This document shows positions 49,829 through 59,394 of a DNA stretch of 62,501 bases, piece by piece; within the stretch, counting starts at the first letter, position 1; the number at the start of each line of letters is the position of its first letter. This DNA comes from Alphaproteobacteria bacterium (GTDB lineage Bacteria > Pseudomonadota > Alphaproteobacteria > Rickettsiales > UBA8987), in contig JAUIEX010000003.1 of the NCBI GenBank assembly GCA_030429725.1, forward strand, positions 1 to 62,501, read 5' to 3'. A program made the position numbers and the translations under genes. Under the pieces are notes generated by a model that was given only the letters and a program-made list of their open reading frames with translations, did not search any database and was not told where the DNA came from.

Positions 49829-50899
49829 TTAAAGCGATTGGGCGATGCCGTTCTTCACGCCCTTGGCGCTTACCTCTTCCACCTGCACCGCCAGATGCTT
49901 GCCCGCCGCGCCCAGATGCCCCTTCATCATGTGAATGCCCTTACAGGTGATAGAGAGCGGGTCATTGGGCTGGTCGTTCATCATCAATGTGCTGCCCACT
50001 TCAAACGAGGCCAGATCTTTCAGCGTAATCCTTTTTCTCGAAAGCACGGCGCTGACGGAAACCTTGCTGCTGCTGACTTCCTTACTCAGATGCTCCTCCC
50101 AGGACATATCCGTGCCGCCGAAAGATTCCCCGGCAAACATCTGCACCAGCAATTCTTTGACCGGCTCCAGCGTGGCATAAGGGAACATAATTTCCGCCTT
50201 GCCGCCGCGCTCTTCCATCTCAATACGCAGGGAAATCAGAATCACCGGGTTGGCCGGGCGGGTGATGGTGGCAAAGCGCGGGTTGGTTTCCAGCCGCTCC
50301 AGCCGGAAGGTGGCCGGGGTTAACGGGTTAAAGGCACCGCTCATTTCCTCCAGCATCTGCTTGCCCAGCGAGCGGATCATATCCTGCTCAATGGTGGTGA
50401 AAGGCCGCCCTTCCACGCGGGTGGCGCGCTTTAATTTGCCCCCGCCCAGCAGAATATCCACCATGGAATAGGTCAGGGCGCTGTCAATCGTAATCAGCCC
50501 GTAATTTTCCCATTCCACACATTGGAAAATGGCCATCAGTGCCGGCAGCGGCACGGAATTGAGATAATCCTCAAACCGCATCGAGGTGATGGATTCAATA
50601 TTCACTTCCACATTTTCGTTGGTAAAATTCCGCAACGTGGTGGAAAGTGTGCGCACATAGCGGTCAAACACCACCTCCAGCATGGGCAGGCGTTCATAAT
50701 TTTCCTGGCTGCGCTCCAGCAGCGCCTGAATACCCGTGGTGGCCATGGAAGCGGAGGAATCAAAGCCAAGCAGGCTGTCAATCTCATCCTGACTCAGCGT
50801 TTCAGCATCATCGCCGGCCTCCATCATGGCGGCCATCTGCTCTTCTTCGCTTAAGCCTTCCTCGGTCTTTTCAGCCTCTTTAAGTTCTTCCTCCGCCAC
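49829..50899 (-). CDS. fliM: Flagellar motor switch protein FliM
   Basis: LSQDEIDSLL, ERLPMLEVVFDR, ETNPRFATI, C-terminal SpoA domain. Confidence 0.95.
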   Translation of the reverse strand: MAEEELKEAEKTEEGLSEEEQMAAMMEAGDDAETLSQDEIDSLLGFDSSASMATTGIQALLERSQENYERLPMLEVVFDRYVRTLSTTLRNFTNENVEVNIESITSMRFEDYLNSVPLPALMAIFQCVEWENYGLITIDSALTYSMVDILLGGGKLKRATRVEGRPFTTIEQDMIRSLGKQMLEEMSGAFNPLTPATFRLERLETNPRFATITRPANPVILISLRIEMEERGGKAEIMFPYATLEPVKELLVQMFAGESFGGTDMSWEEHLSKEVSSSKVSVSAVLSRKRITLKDLASFEVGSTLMMNDQPNDPLSITCKGIHMMKGHLGAAGKHLAVQVEEVSAKGVKNGIAQSL

Positions 50900-50932
50900 A
50901 ATCCGTGCCCTTTGTCCGAAATTGAACCCGCG

Positions 50933-51475
50933 CTATTGAACCACAATCTCACGGAACAGAATATCATTCACTTCCACATCGCTGCTTTCAAGAATCTTGT
51001 TAATCCGCAACAATAATTCCTCCCGCAAGCGGTGCAGCCCGGAAGAACCCTGAATATCCGTGGAGCGCAGCTCCCGCAGGTAAATCTGGAACGCATCACG
51101 AATACGCGGCAAGTTGCTTTCCACCGCCGATTGCGTTTTCAGGTTCGGCAGCTCCAGCGTCACCTTCATTTTCAGGAAGCTGATTTTCTTGCCCGGCTCG
51201 TTCAGATTGGTGAGAAATTCATCCAGTTCATAAAATACGGTTTTGGGCGCCAGCAGCGGGTCAATATCGCCGTCCGCATGGTCGCTGGGTGCCAGCACGC
51301 CGGAAATCACCAGCCCGGCCGCAGCACCGCCCAGCACCACCACCAGCAAAACCACAATCAGCAGCAGCTTTTTCTTCGATTTTCCGCCGCCTTCACCCTC
51401 GGCACCCTCTTCGCCTTCCTCGCGCTCATCCACCTCTTTTTCGTCACGCCCGGTATTTTCTTCTTCATCCGCCAT
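50933..51475 (-). CDS. fliL: Flagellar basal body protein FliL
   Basis: Acidic N-terminus, single TM, LPRIRDAFQIYLRELR, ILFREIVVQ; start MADEEE at 51475. Confidence 0.93.
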   Translation of the reverse strand: MADEEENTGRDEKEVDEREEGEEGAEGEGGGKSKKKLLLIVVLLVVVLGGAAAGLVISGVLAPSDHADGDIDPLLAPKTVFYELDEFLTNLNEPGKKISFLKMKVTLELPNLKTQSAVESNLPRIRDAFQIYLRELRSTDIQGSSGLHRLREELLLRINKILESSDVEVNDILFREIVVQ

Positions 51476-51685
51476 GTAATCTGCTCCTGTTCGCGTCAGC
51501 GCCGTTATAAAAACCAGCCTACTCTTCCCCCCATGCAATTGCAATTCCAACCGCACCTTCGCACCGAACATCAGCGAGTTTTGCCGGTGATGCGGCAAAA
51601 ATAGCCGCTAACCCGGAAAGATCCTCCGGGATAGCACCACGGAGATTTTGCTTCATACCTCTGATATCTATGCCTAAATAAACTT

Positions 51686-51700
51686 TGGCACGCAAACTGC
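51686..51700 (+). promoter_or_regulatory. Sigma54 (-24/-12) promoter of flgF
   Basis: TGGCACGCAAACTGC with GG-N10-GC spacing, 40 nt before the flgF ATG. Confidence 0.75.
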
Positions 51701-51740
51701 TTCTTAAGCCCATAGAGAGAATAAGGAGCATGCTGCCATT

Positions 51741-52499
51741 ATGGAAGTATCAGGTTACATTGCATTATCCGGCCAGTTGGCGCTGATGCGCAATCTGGAC
51801 ACGGTTGCCACCAATGTCGCTAACGGTGATACCGCCGGCTACAAGGCCGGAAGGATGCTGTTTACCGATTATCTGGCCGATGCCGGGCGCAACCGTGACG
51901 TGGCCTATGCCAATGATGTGGCCACCTATGAAGATTATGCGCAAGGGCCGCTGAAAGTGACAGGAAGGCCGCTGGATGTTGCCATTCAGGGCGACGGTTT
52001 TTTTGAAGTGCTTTCTCCTAATGGCGTGCGCTTCACCCGCCTGGGCAGTTTTCAGGTCAGCCCGGACGGCACATTGATCACCGCTGAAGGCTATACGATT
52101 CAGGGCGAAGGCACCGGCACGGGCGAGCGTCCCATCACGCTGGGCGAGGGTGACACAGCCATTATCGTCACGAAAGACGGCACCATCCGCGCCCGCAGTG
52201 CCGCCGGTGGGCTGGAAGATCGTGGCCGGTTAAGTGTGGTTAATTTTGACGATCCTCAGCAGCTGGAAAAACTGGGCAACGGCTTCTTCACGGCCCCCAT
52301 AGCACCTAATCAGCTTTTGCCGGAAGAGGTCAGCATTGCGCAGGGCATGTTAGAGAAATCCAATGTCAATCCCACGCTGGAAATGACGCGCATGATTAAA
52401 ATTTCACGCTCGGTCACCACCCTTGCCAGTTTTCAGAATGACATGCATGAGCTGCAACGTCGCTCTATGTCCACTCTTTCACGGCAAGGAGGCCAGTAA
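51741..52499 (+). CDS. flgF: Flagellar basal-body rod protein FlgF
   Basis: ATNVANGDTAGYK, TGRPLDVAIQGDGFF, QGMLEKSNVN. Confidence 0.92.
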   Translation: MEVSGYIALSGQLALMRNLDTVATNVANGDTAGYKAGRMLFTDYLADAGRNRDVAYANDVATYEDYAQGPLKVTGRPLDVAIQGDGFFEVLSPNGVRFTRLGSFQVSPDGTLITAEGYTIQGEGTGTGERPITLGEGDTAIIVTKDGTIRARSAAGGLEDRGRLSVVNFDDPQQLEKLGNGFFTAPIAPNQLLPEEVSIAQGMLEKSNVNPTLEMTRMIKISRSVTTLASFQNDMHELQRRSMSTLSRQGGQ

Positions 52500-52539
52500 T
52501 GGCTTTTCGCCACCTTAATTCATCAACAAGGAGTCACCC

Positions 52540-53322
52540 ATGCGCTCATTAGATATCGCCGCCACCGGCATGCTGGCACAGCAGCTGAATGTGGATGTTA
52601 TTGCCAACAACATCGCTAATCTTAGCACCACGGCCTATAAGCGTCAGGTTGCTGAATTCCATGACCTGCTTTATCAAAGCCAGTTGCGCGTCGGCTCTTC
52701 CTCCAGCTCGGACGGCACGATTGTGCCCACCGGTACGCAGGTGGGGCTTGGGGTAAAAACCGCCGGCATTTACCGCGTTAATCTTCAGGGCGCGATCCGG
52801 GAAACCGGCAACACTTTCGATCTGGCGATTAACGGCCCCGGCTATTTTCAGGTGAATCTGGCCGATGGCGAGGCCTATACCCGCGCCGGCGCGTTTCAGG
52901 TGAATCAGGACGGGGAGCTGGTAACCAGCGAAGGCTTTCAGGTTTCCCCCGGCATCACCGTTCCGCAGGGTGCGGTGGATGTGACCATCAACCAGAATGG
53001 TGAAGTGCTGGTGAAACTGGACGGCCAGACGGAGCTTTCCAATGTCGGGCAGATCGATCTGGTGACCTTCATCAATGAATCCGGGCTGGAAGCGGACGGC
53101 GAAAACCTCTTTTTAGAAACCGAGGCCTCCGGCGCTCCCATTGCCGGCTTTGCCGGGGATGATGGCTTTGGCAGCCTGCTGCAGCGTTTTCTGGAAGTAT
53201 CCAACGTTGATCAGGTAAAGGAATTGACGGAGCTGATCACCGCGCAGCGTGCCTATGAGCTGAATTCACGGGTCATCAGCACTGCCGATGAGATGCTCAG
53301 CGCACTCAGCAATCTAAGATAA
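52540..53322 (+). CDS. flgG: Flagellar basal-body rod protein FlgG
   Basis: MRSLDIAATGM, NIANLSTTAYK, FHDLLYQ, LEVSNV, AQRAYELNS. Confidence 0.96.
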   Translation: MRSLDIAATGMLAQQLNVDVIANNIANLSTTAYKRQVAEFHDLLYQSQLRVGSSSSSDGTIVPTGTQVGLGVKTAGIYRVNLQGAIRETGNTFDLAINGPGYFQVNLADGEAYTRAGAFQVNQDGELVTSEGFQVSPGITVPQGAVDVTINQNGEVLVKLDGQTELSNVGQIDLVTFINESGLEADGENLFLETEASGAPIAGFAGDDGFGSLLQRFLEVSNVDQVKELTELITAQRAYELNSRVISTADEMLSALSNLR

Positions 53323-53337
53323 CACTAAGGTAAGATA

Positions 53338-54291
53338 ATGACGAGAAAAGAGGAGAGGATCATGAGCAAAGAGACAACGTTTGCAGCCACGCTGCGCGGG
53401 CTGACAATCGCGCTGGCGGCGCTGGTGGTGTTGCTGCCCCTTTCCTCCTTCGCGTCCGATGGTTTTCCCGCACAGGAGCTGGAAACGCGCCTGAAAGAAG
53501 CGCTGGAAATCAAGCGGGAGGAAGCCGGCCAATTTGATCGCATCAATTTGGAAAATCTGGCCGTAAACACCAATGCCAACCGCCAGCCCATCACCCATAA
53601 CGGCACTTTGCGCCTGATGCGCGTCAACATCACCGGCGACGGACGATTTGAGGCCAATATCTGGTCGGAACCGCAGGAAACCATCTTCACCGCATCCGGC
53701 CGTTTTCAGGAAGTTATCGACGTGCCCATCCCTGTGCGCGATATCGCCCCCGGGGAAATCATTGCCGAGCATGATCTAAGCTGGCAATCCTACCCCAAAT
53801 CCCGCATCCGCCGCAGCCAAATCACGGATATGCGCGAATTGATCGGCAAGGAAGCCGCCCGCCGGATTCAGGAAGACAGGCTGATTTCCGCCCGCGATGT
53901 TCAGGCACCACGGCTGGTGATTAAAGGCCAGCAGGCCACCGTCACCTTCCGCCATCCTTACATGGAGCTTTCCACCACCGGGCAGGTGCTGGAAGATGGT
54001 GCCGCCGGTGATACGGTGCGCGTGCGCAACATTAACAGCAGCAGCGTGGTCACCGCCACGGTGATGGCGGACGGTAATCTGGTGATTCAATCTGCGGAAA
54101 GTGCCGGATCCAGCGCACCGGCCGCTATTCTGGCCGCACCCGCGTCGATCTCTCAGCCTAAAATTTCCACTGCCGAAGAGGCCGCACCCGCACCCATCAA
54201 GCCGGCAATTAACAAAGAGGCCTTCATTCATTCCATACCCGAAACATTACCTGCACGCTCATCTTCCAAACGCATAGGAGAAGACGCATGA
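53338..54291 (+). CDS. flgA: Flagellar P-ring formation chaperone FlgA
   Basis: SAF-like domain, GQVLEDGAAGDTVRVRNINS; position between flgG and flgH. Confidence 0.88.
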   Translation: MTRKEERIMSKETTFAATLRGLTIALAALVVLLPLSSFASDGFPAQELETRLKEALEIKREEAGQFDRINLENLAVNTNANRQPITHNGTLRLMRVNITGDGRFEANIWSEPQETIFTASGRFQEVIDVPIPVRDIAPGEIIAEHDLSWQSYPKSRIRRSQITDMRELIGKEAARRIQEDRLISARDVQAPRLVIKGQQATVTFRHPYMELSTTGQVLEDGAAGDTVRVRNINSSSVVTATVMADGNLVIQSAESAGSSAPAAILAAPASISQPKISTAEEAAPAPIKPAINKEAFIHSIPETLPARSSSKRIGEDA

Positions 54292-55055
54292 CCCTTCATT
54301 TCACTCACATACGATCCATCAGCCTCACACTCACCGCACTCTTGCTGGCCAGTGCCTGCACGCAGAATCAGGTTGATCGCCTGCGCAATTTAGGCGAAGT
54401 GCCGCCGATGAAAGAGGTGGAAAACCCCGAAGAGCTGCGTAAGCCCATGAGCTGGCCCACGCCGGCGCGGCGCATCAAGGCTTCCTATCCGGAAACCGCC
54501 GGCTCACTTTTTAACGCCAATACACGGGATTTCTTTGGCGACCGCCGGGCGCGGGAAGTGGGGGACATTCTTTTGGTCAGTATCAAAATTCAGGATAAGG
54601 CCGAGCTGGACAACAAAACCGAAAGCAAACGCAACGGGCAGGATAGCCTGGGCGCACCGGCCATATTCGGGCTGGAAGGAAAATTGGCCAGCCTTGTTTC
54701 CGGGGAAACCCAGCCCTCCAGCCTGCTGGACATCACCGGCCAGACCAGCCACACCGGCGAGGGCGTGATTGAGCGTGAAGAGGTGATTGAAACCGAAGTG
54801 GCCGCCGTTGTTCGGCAGGTGCTGCCGAACGGCAATCTGGTGATTTACGGCAGTCAGGAAGTGCGTGTGAATCATGAAGTGCGCCAGGTCACCATTGAAG
54901 GGGTCGTCCGCACGCCGGATATCACCCCGGATAATAAAGTAGATTCAAGCCGCATTGCCGAGGCACGCATTTCTTACGGCGGCAAAGGTTTAATTTCTGA
55001 TGTCCAGCAGCCCCGCCTTGGCAGTCAGATCGTCGATATTCTGTCACCATTTTAG
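54288..55055 (+). CDS. flgH: Flagellar L-ring protein FlgH
   Basis: Lipobox LASAC, DRRAREVGDIL, VLPNGNLVI, RIAEARISYGGKG. Confidence 0.95.
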   Translation: MTLHFTHIRSISLTLTALLLASACTQNQVDRLRNLGEVPPMKEVENPEELRKPMSWPTPARRIKASYPETAGSLFNANTRDFFGDRRAREVGDILLVSIKIQDKAELDNKTESKRNGQDSLGAPAIFGLEGKLASLVSGETQPSSLLDITGQTSHTGEGVIEREEVIETEVAAVVRQVLPNGNLVIYGSQEVRVNHEVRQVTIEGVVRTPDITPDNKVDSSRIAEARISYGGKGLISDVQQPRLGSQIVDILSPF

Positions 55056-55205
55056 AGGAAATGGCTGATAGCAACAGTTTGGAAGTAAGTCCGGCAATCC
55101 TCTCTCCTTCTCTCTCTCAAGCCTGGCTTACTTCCTTCCCCATTTTGAATTGTTCCCGGGAAATCCTTCCGGAGTTGCCATAAACAACCACGGGTAAAGG
55201 CGTGG

Positions 55206-55258
55206 CGCTCTGCCCTACGCACCGTATAGAGCGGGCTCAGGGCTGCATCGGCCTCCTG
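55206..55258 (+). repeat. Partial intergenic copy of palindromic element family A
   Basis: GGGCTCAGGGCTG at 55233-55245 followed by catcggcctcctg, preceded by a GCTCT/AGAGC-closed hairpin. Confidence 0.55.
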
Positions 55259-55283
55259 AAAAATGAAGGAAATCACAGTCTTG

Positions 55284-55315
55284 TTAGGGATTTCTTAACC
55301 TCTTTGGCGCATACT
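55284..55315 (+). promoter_or_regulatory. CtrA-type box plus -10 element
   Basis: TTAG-ggatttc-TTAA-N11-CATACT. Confidence 0.65.
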
Positions 55316-55322
55316 GAACCCT

Positions 55323-56789
55323 ATGACAACCCAGGAAAACTCATCACAGATCACCATCACCGTGGAGCAGGCGGCTTCTTTCTTCAAGCAGCAACTGCTT
55401 GATATTATTGATGATAAAGCGACATTTGATGCGCTGAAAGGAAACCTGAAGGATGCGCTTAGAGAGAGTGACTTGTGGGGCGCCGGCACATTGACTTTTG
55501 TCGGCCAGGCCGAAACAAAGAGACTGCTGGAGAAACAATTTGATGACCCGCAGACAGCGGCGTACATCAAACAGATTCTGTTTAAGGATCAAGATGAAAT
55601 CTCCTTAAACGAACTGCAAACTAATTTTGATGCGTGCTGCCGGGGCGAAGGGCTGGACAATATTAGCGAGGACGCCAAATATGTGATGGCGGCGGCCAAA
55701 GCCGGGCAGAAAACCGTGCCGCATCGCTTTAATTTTCCCCATCCCAGCAATCTGGCAGCATTGGAAGATGCCGGGGTGGCGGTGGTGAAGACGAGGAGCG
55801 TGCTCCCCAAACCACAAGGCTTTCCGGTGACGCGGCAGCCTGATCGTGATGAAACCGGCAAGGAAAGCGATGAAACACATGGGCTGAACTGGCCGGAACC
55901 GCTGGGAGGCAACGAGAAACAGTCGGATGCTCAGGATGCGGATACGCCGCCGACCCCCCAGCCCCAACCCAAGCAAACAACATCACGCGATGAAACAGAT
56001 GCGGAAGTTGAGGAAGATGAGATAGCCGTGACCGACCGCCGTCATTTACGCCGCCAGCTGCGGGAAAGTGCGGAGGAATTTCGCCAAAGCCTACGCCGGA
56101 ATGAGCCGGCCTTTGAAGAAGATTTCGCCGAGTTGGAAGCCGAAATGGACGCTTTTTATGAAGCACTGCGGAACACCCATGCCGAGGGGCATGACGTTTC
56201 CCGCCGCCATCCAACGGCAGAGGATAAAGAACGCCGGCAGGAAATTCGCCAGGAGCGCAGGGATTTTGAGCGGGGCACGGATGAGCATTGGGAGCTAAAC
56301 CGGGAATTTAACCGCACCGGCCACGCGCTGGAAGGGCTGAAAAATTTACGCGATGATCTGATGCTGCAATTGCGGGAAAGCAAGCGGGACTCTGCCGATT
56401 TACGCGGCCCTATCGCGCTGGAGGGATACCTGGATCCGGATCGCCGGGAGCTGCGTCAGGAACGCCGCGAGCTGCGGGAAAATCTGCGGGAAACACGCCA
56501 CGCGCTGCGAGAGGCGCGCCACGCGCTGCGCCATCAGGATATTTATCTGAACGATTCCAATAATCTGGAACCGCTGGAAACCGCCAAAGAAAAATTACAG
56601 GAATTGCAGGAGCTTTACGCCGAAAATGGCCTGCAGCGGCAGGAAAAGCGCCTGCTGAAAGATCTGGGCAAAGACCTTAAACGCATGGGCAAAATGGATG
56701 ATGTGGGCGAAGCGATGCGTGATTTTAACCTGCGCGTTTCCAACCTGGTGGATGCCCGCACGCCGGATAATGGGCGCGACAAGGGCTAG
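55323..56789 (+). CDS. Orphan protein, 488 aa, with Arg/Glu-rich coiled-coil C-terminal half
   Basis: Long ORF; ELRQERRELRENLRETRHALREARHALR; CtrA-type promoter. Confidence 0.75.
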   Translation: MTTQENSSQITITVEQAASFFKQQLLDIIDDKATFDALKGNLKDALRESDLWGAGTLTFVGQAETKRLLEKQFDDPQTAAYIKQILFKDQDEISLNELQTNFDACCRGEGLDNISEDAKYVMAAAKAGQKTVPHRFNFPHPSNLAALEDAGVAVVKTRSVLPKPQGFPVTRQPDRDETGKESDETHGLNWPEPLGGNEKQSDAQDADTPPTPQPQPKQTTSRDETDAEVEEDEIAVTDRRHLRRQLRESAEEFRQSLRRNEPAFEEDFAELEAEMDAFYEALRNTHAEGHDVSRRHPTAEDKERRQEIRQERRDFERGTDEHWELNREFNRTGHALEGLKNLRDDLMLQLRESKRDSADLRGPIALEGYLDPDRRELRQERRELRENLRETRHALREARHALRHQDIYLNDSNNLEPLETAKEKLQELQELYAENGLQRQEKRLLKDLGKDLKRMGKMDDVGEAMRDFNLRVSNLVDARTPDNGRDKG

Positions 56790-56864
56790 AACTCATAGCC
56801 GCGCAACAGGGCGCAACCATCACCAGGGCTGGATTCCTGCATCAAACCCATCTATAAGCGCCGC

Positions 56865-58838
56865 ATGGGCGCACCGTTTGAATCACTTCGCGATTTTTTG
56901 AAGCATCTGGAAAAGCAGGGCGAGCTGAAACGCATCAGCGAACCGGTTTCGACCTATCTGGAGATGACGGAAATTCATAAGCGCGTGCTGGAAGCCGGCG
57001 GGCCGGCACTGCTGTTTGAAAAGCCTGTAAAACTCCCCCCTGGAGGGGGAGTCGCAGAATCTCACCAACGCGAAGTGTTGAGAGAGGATGCGGTGGGGGG
57101 GCAATCGCGGGATGGAACGCCCCCCCACGACTCAGCCTCTGGCGAGGCTTCGTCTGCTCCCCCTCCGGGGGGGAGCTATGGTCTCTCAAAACCCATCCCC
57201 GTCCTATGCAACCTTTTCGGCACGGTGGAGCGGGTGGCGGCCGCCATTGGCCGCAAGCCGGAAGAGCTGCGTGATGTGGGAAAAATGCTGGCCTTTCTGC
57301 GCCAGCCGGAGCCACCAACGCGCTTTCGGGAAGCTTTAGACCTGCTGCCGCTGGCCAAAACCATGCTGACCATGAAGCCGAAAACGGTGAAAAAAGTACC
57401 GTGTCAGGAGGTGGTGATCACCGGGGATGATGTGGATTTATCCATCCTGCCGATTCAGACCAACTGGCCGGGGGACGCGGCACCGCTGATCACCTGGCCG
57501 TTGGTGGTGACACAGGGGCCAACCAAAAGCAAGGAGGGAAGAGTAAAGAGGGAAGAGGGAAGAGGGAAGAGTGCGGACGCCCCCCCACCTGCATCACAGA
57601 TGCAGACTCCCCCACGGGTGGGGAGTGATCATTCCGAACCCCTTCATTATCCCTTGATGAGGGAGTCAGAGCCGCAACGCGGATCGGGCGGGGGTGTCAG
57701 AGAAGATGATCAAAAATATAATCTAGGCATTTACCGCATGCAGGTGACGGGTAAAAACACCACGCTGATGCGCTGGCTGAAGCATCGTGGCGGGGCGCAG
57801 CATCACAAACGCTGGCAGGAACAAAGTTCAGGGATAACTCCCCCTTCACGGGGGAGTCTGAATTTTGATAAAAATTCAGGTGGGGGTCAGATTGCAGAGA
57901 ATGATAAAACGGGTGGAGGCCAGCAGGCCGACCCAGCCCTGAGCCCCGTCTCATTGAAAAATCAGGAAGATTTTTCAGGAGACAGCTTAAAGATGCCCGT
58001 GGCCGCTGTCATCGGGGCGGATCCGGGCACAACATTAGCGGCGGTGACGCCCGTGCCCGACACGCTTTCGGAATATGAATTTGCGGGCTTGCTGCGCGGG
58101 AAACGCGTGGAGCTGGTGGATTGCAAAACCGTGCCGCTGAAAGTGCCCGCCCATGCGGAAATTGTGCTGGAAGGCTATGTGAGTCTGGAGGATTATGGCG
58201 CGGAGGGGCCTTACGGCGACCATACCGGATTTTACAATGAGGTGGAGCAGTTCCCTGTTTTCACCTGCACGGCGATCACCATGCGCAAAGACCCGATCTA
58301 CTTAAGCACCTATACCGGCAAGCCGCCGGATGAGCCTTCCATTCTGGGTGAGGCGCTCAATGAAGTGTTCATTCCGCTGCTACAACAGCAATTTCCGGAG
58401 ATTGTGGATTTTTGGCTGCCGCCGGAAGGGTGCAGCTATCGCGTGGCGGTGGTGAGCATTAAAAAAGCCTATCCCGGCCATGCCAAGCGCGTGATGATGG
58501 GCGTGTGGAGCTATCTGCGACAGTTCATGTATACCAAATTTGTAATTGTGGTGGATCATCACATAAACTGCCGTGACTGGAAGGAGGTGATCTGGGCAAT
58601 TTCCACCCAGATGGACCCGCAGCGCGACACCACCTTCATTGAGCGCACGCCGATTGATTATCTGGATTTTGCCTCCCCGGAATCGGGGCTTGGCAGCAAA
58701 ATGGGGCTGGATGCCACGGCCAAGACCGGCAATGAAACTCACCGCGAATGGGGGCAGCCGATTGAGATGAGTGAGGATGTCATCGCCCGTGTGGACGCGC
58801 TGTGGGAAAAATTAGGGCTGGGTGAGCCGGAGAAATAG
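56865..58838 (+). CDS. ubiD: UbiD family decarboxylase with three in-frame inserts
   Basis: [70 protein letters not shown]; 657 aa versus about 500 aa usual. Confidence 0.95.
   Translation: MGAPFESLRDFLKHLEKQGELKRISEPVSTYLEMTEIHKRVLEAGGPALLFEKPVKLPPGGGVAESHQREVLREDAVGGQSRDGTPPHDSASGEASSAPPPGGSYGLSKPIPVLCNLFGTVERVAAAIGRKPEELRDVGKMLAFLRQPEPPTRFREALDLLPLAKTMLTMKPKTVKKVPCQEVVITGDDVDLSILPIQTNWPGDAAPLITWPLVVTQGPTKSKEGRVKREEGRGKSADAPPPASQMQTPPRVGSDHSEPLHYPLMRESEPQRGSGGGVREDDQKYNLGIYRMQVTGKNTTLMRWLKHRGGAQHHKRWQEQSSGITPPSRGSLNFDKNSGGGQIAENDKTGGGQQADPALSPVSLKNQEDFSGDSLKMPVAAVIGADPGTTLAAVTPVPDTLSEYEFAGLLRGKRVELVDCKTVPLKVPAHAEIVLEGYVSLEDYGAEGPYGDHTGFYNEVEQFPVFTCTAITMRKDPIYLSTYTGKPPDEPSILGEALNEVFIPLLQQQFPEIVDFWLPPEGCSYRVAVVSIKKAYPGHAKRVMMGVWSYLRQFMYTKFVIVVDHHINCRDWKEVIWAISTQMDPQRDTTFIERTPIDYLDFASPESGLGSKMGLDATAKTGNETHREWGQPIEMSEDVIARVDALWEKLGLGEPEK
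57033..57176. repeat. Palindromic element family A, ubiD insert 1
   Basis: CTCCCCC/GGGGGAG terminal hairpins at both ends, GTGGGGGGGC...GCCCCCCCAC inner stem, AGCCTC/GAGGCT hairpin. Confidence 0.88.
57531..57696. repeat. ubiD insert 2: AAGAGGG heptamer array plus two family-A half elements
   Basis: (AAGAGGG) x3.7 at 57546-57571; GCCCCCCCAC-CTGCATC/GATGCAG-ACTCCCC/GGGGAGT at 57579-57626; TCCCT/AGGGA-GTC...GCGGGGGTG at 57650-57696. Confidence 0.82.
57833..57986 (-). repeat. Palindromic element family A, ubiD insert 3 (inverted relative to the nadE copy)
   Basis: ACTCCCCC/GGGGGAGT, CTGAATTTT/AAAATTCAG and TGAAAAATC/GATTTTTCA hairpins; 16-bp exact match to the nadE copy. Confidence 0.88.
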
Positions 58839-58870
58839 CGGCGCCCTGCCGACCGACGCCAGTGGCGATA

Positions 58871-59344
58871 TTATTTCCCTTCAAATGCTTCTTTCACCGC
58901 CTGCTGAAAAGCACGATCAATCGCAATCAGGCTGCCCGGCGTCAGCTCCATCCGGAAGGCAATGGGAAACATATAATCCAGCGCCGTATCTTTCCCGAAT
59001 AATGTTTCCGGTGGGGCAGGCACCGGGCTGGCGGCGGCCAACATCTTCATGACCGATTCCCGCAGGAGCGGATGGCCGGGGTCAAGCACGAAGGAAAAAG
59101 CGCTGATCTCACCATCTTTCTCGATTCGCAGGCGGATGATCACATCCCCCTCAATGGCGTAAAGTGCCGCGTCCGCCGGATAGCTTTGATGCAATGTTAA
59201 ATGCTTGGTTAAGGTGACGGCGTAAGGCTCACTTGCGCGGGCATTGGACGGGCACAGAAACACCAGCCCCGCCAGCAGAAAAAGCGCCGCCGCCCGGGCC
59301 ATATGATTGCCGAAAATAATGCGCCGATTGGTCATATCAATCAC
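58871..59344 (-). CDS. TonB C-terminal domain protein
   Basis: Signal/anchor helix; YP..A....IEGDVIIRLRIEKDG, L.ESVMKML..ASPVPAPP. Confidence 0.75.
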   Translation of the reverse strand: MIDMTNRRIIFGNHMARAAALFLLAGLVFLCPSNARASEPYAVTLTKHLTLHQSYPADAALYAIEGDVIIRLRIEKDGEISAFSFVLDPGHPLLRESVMKMLAAASPVPAPPETLFGKDTALDYMFPIAFRMELTPGSLIAIDRAFQQAVKEAFEGK

Positions 59345-59394
59345 TCATAAAGCATGCGCCGCTTTCTGGCTATGGGGTTTAACAATGGCCGGCG

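Noticed and set aside
51476-51740. CtrA box for fliL-fliM, expected from Caulobacter
   Set aside because: No TTAA-N7-TTAA with at most one mismatch seen by eye; only the sigma54 site for flgF is supported
57033-57986. CRISPR array or intein/intron interpretation of the ubiD inserts
   Set aside because: No identical repeats with regular spacers, no cas genes, no intein Cys/His-Asn termini, and no group I/II intron features seen
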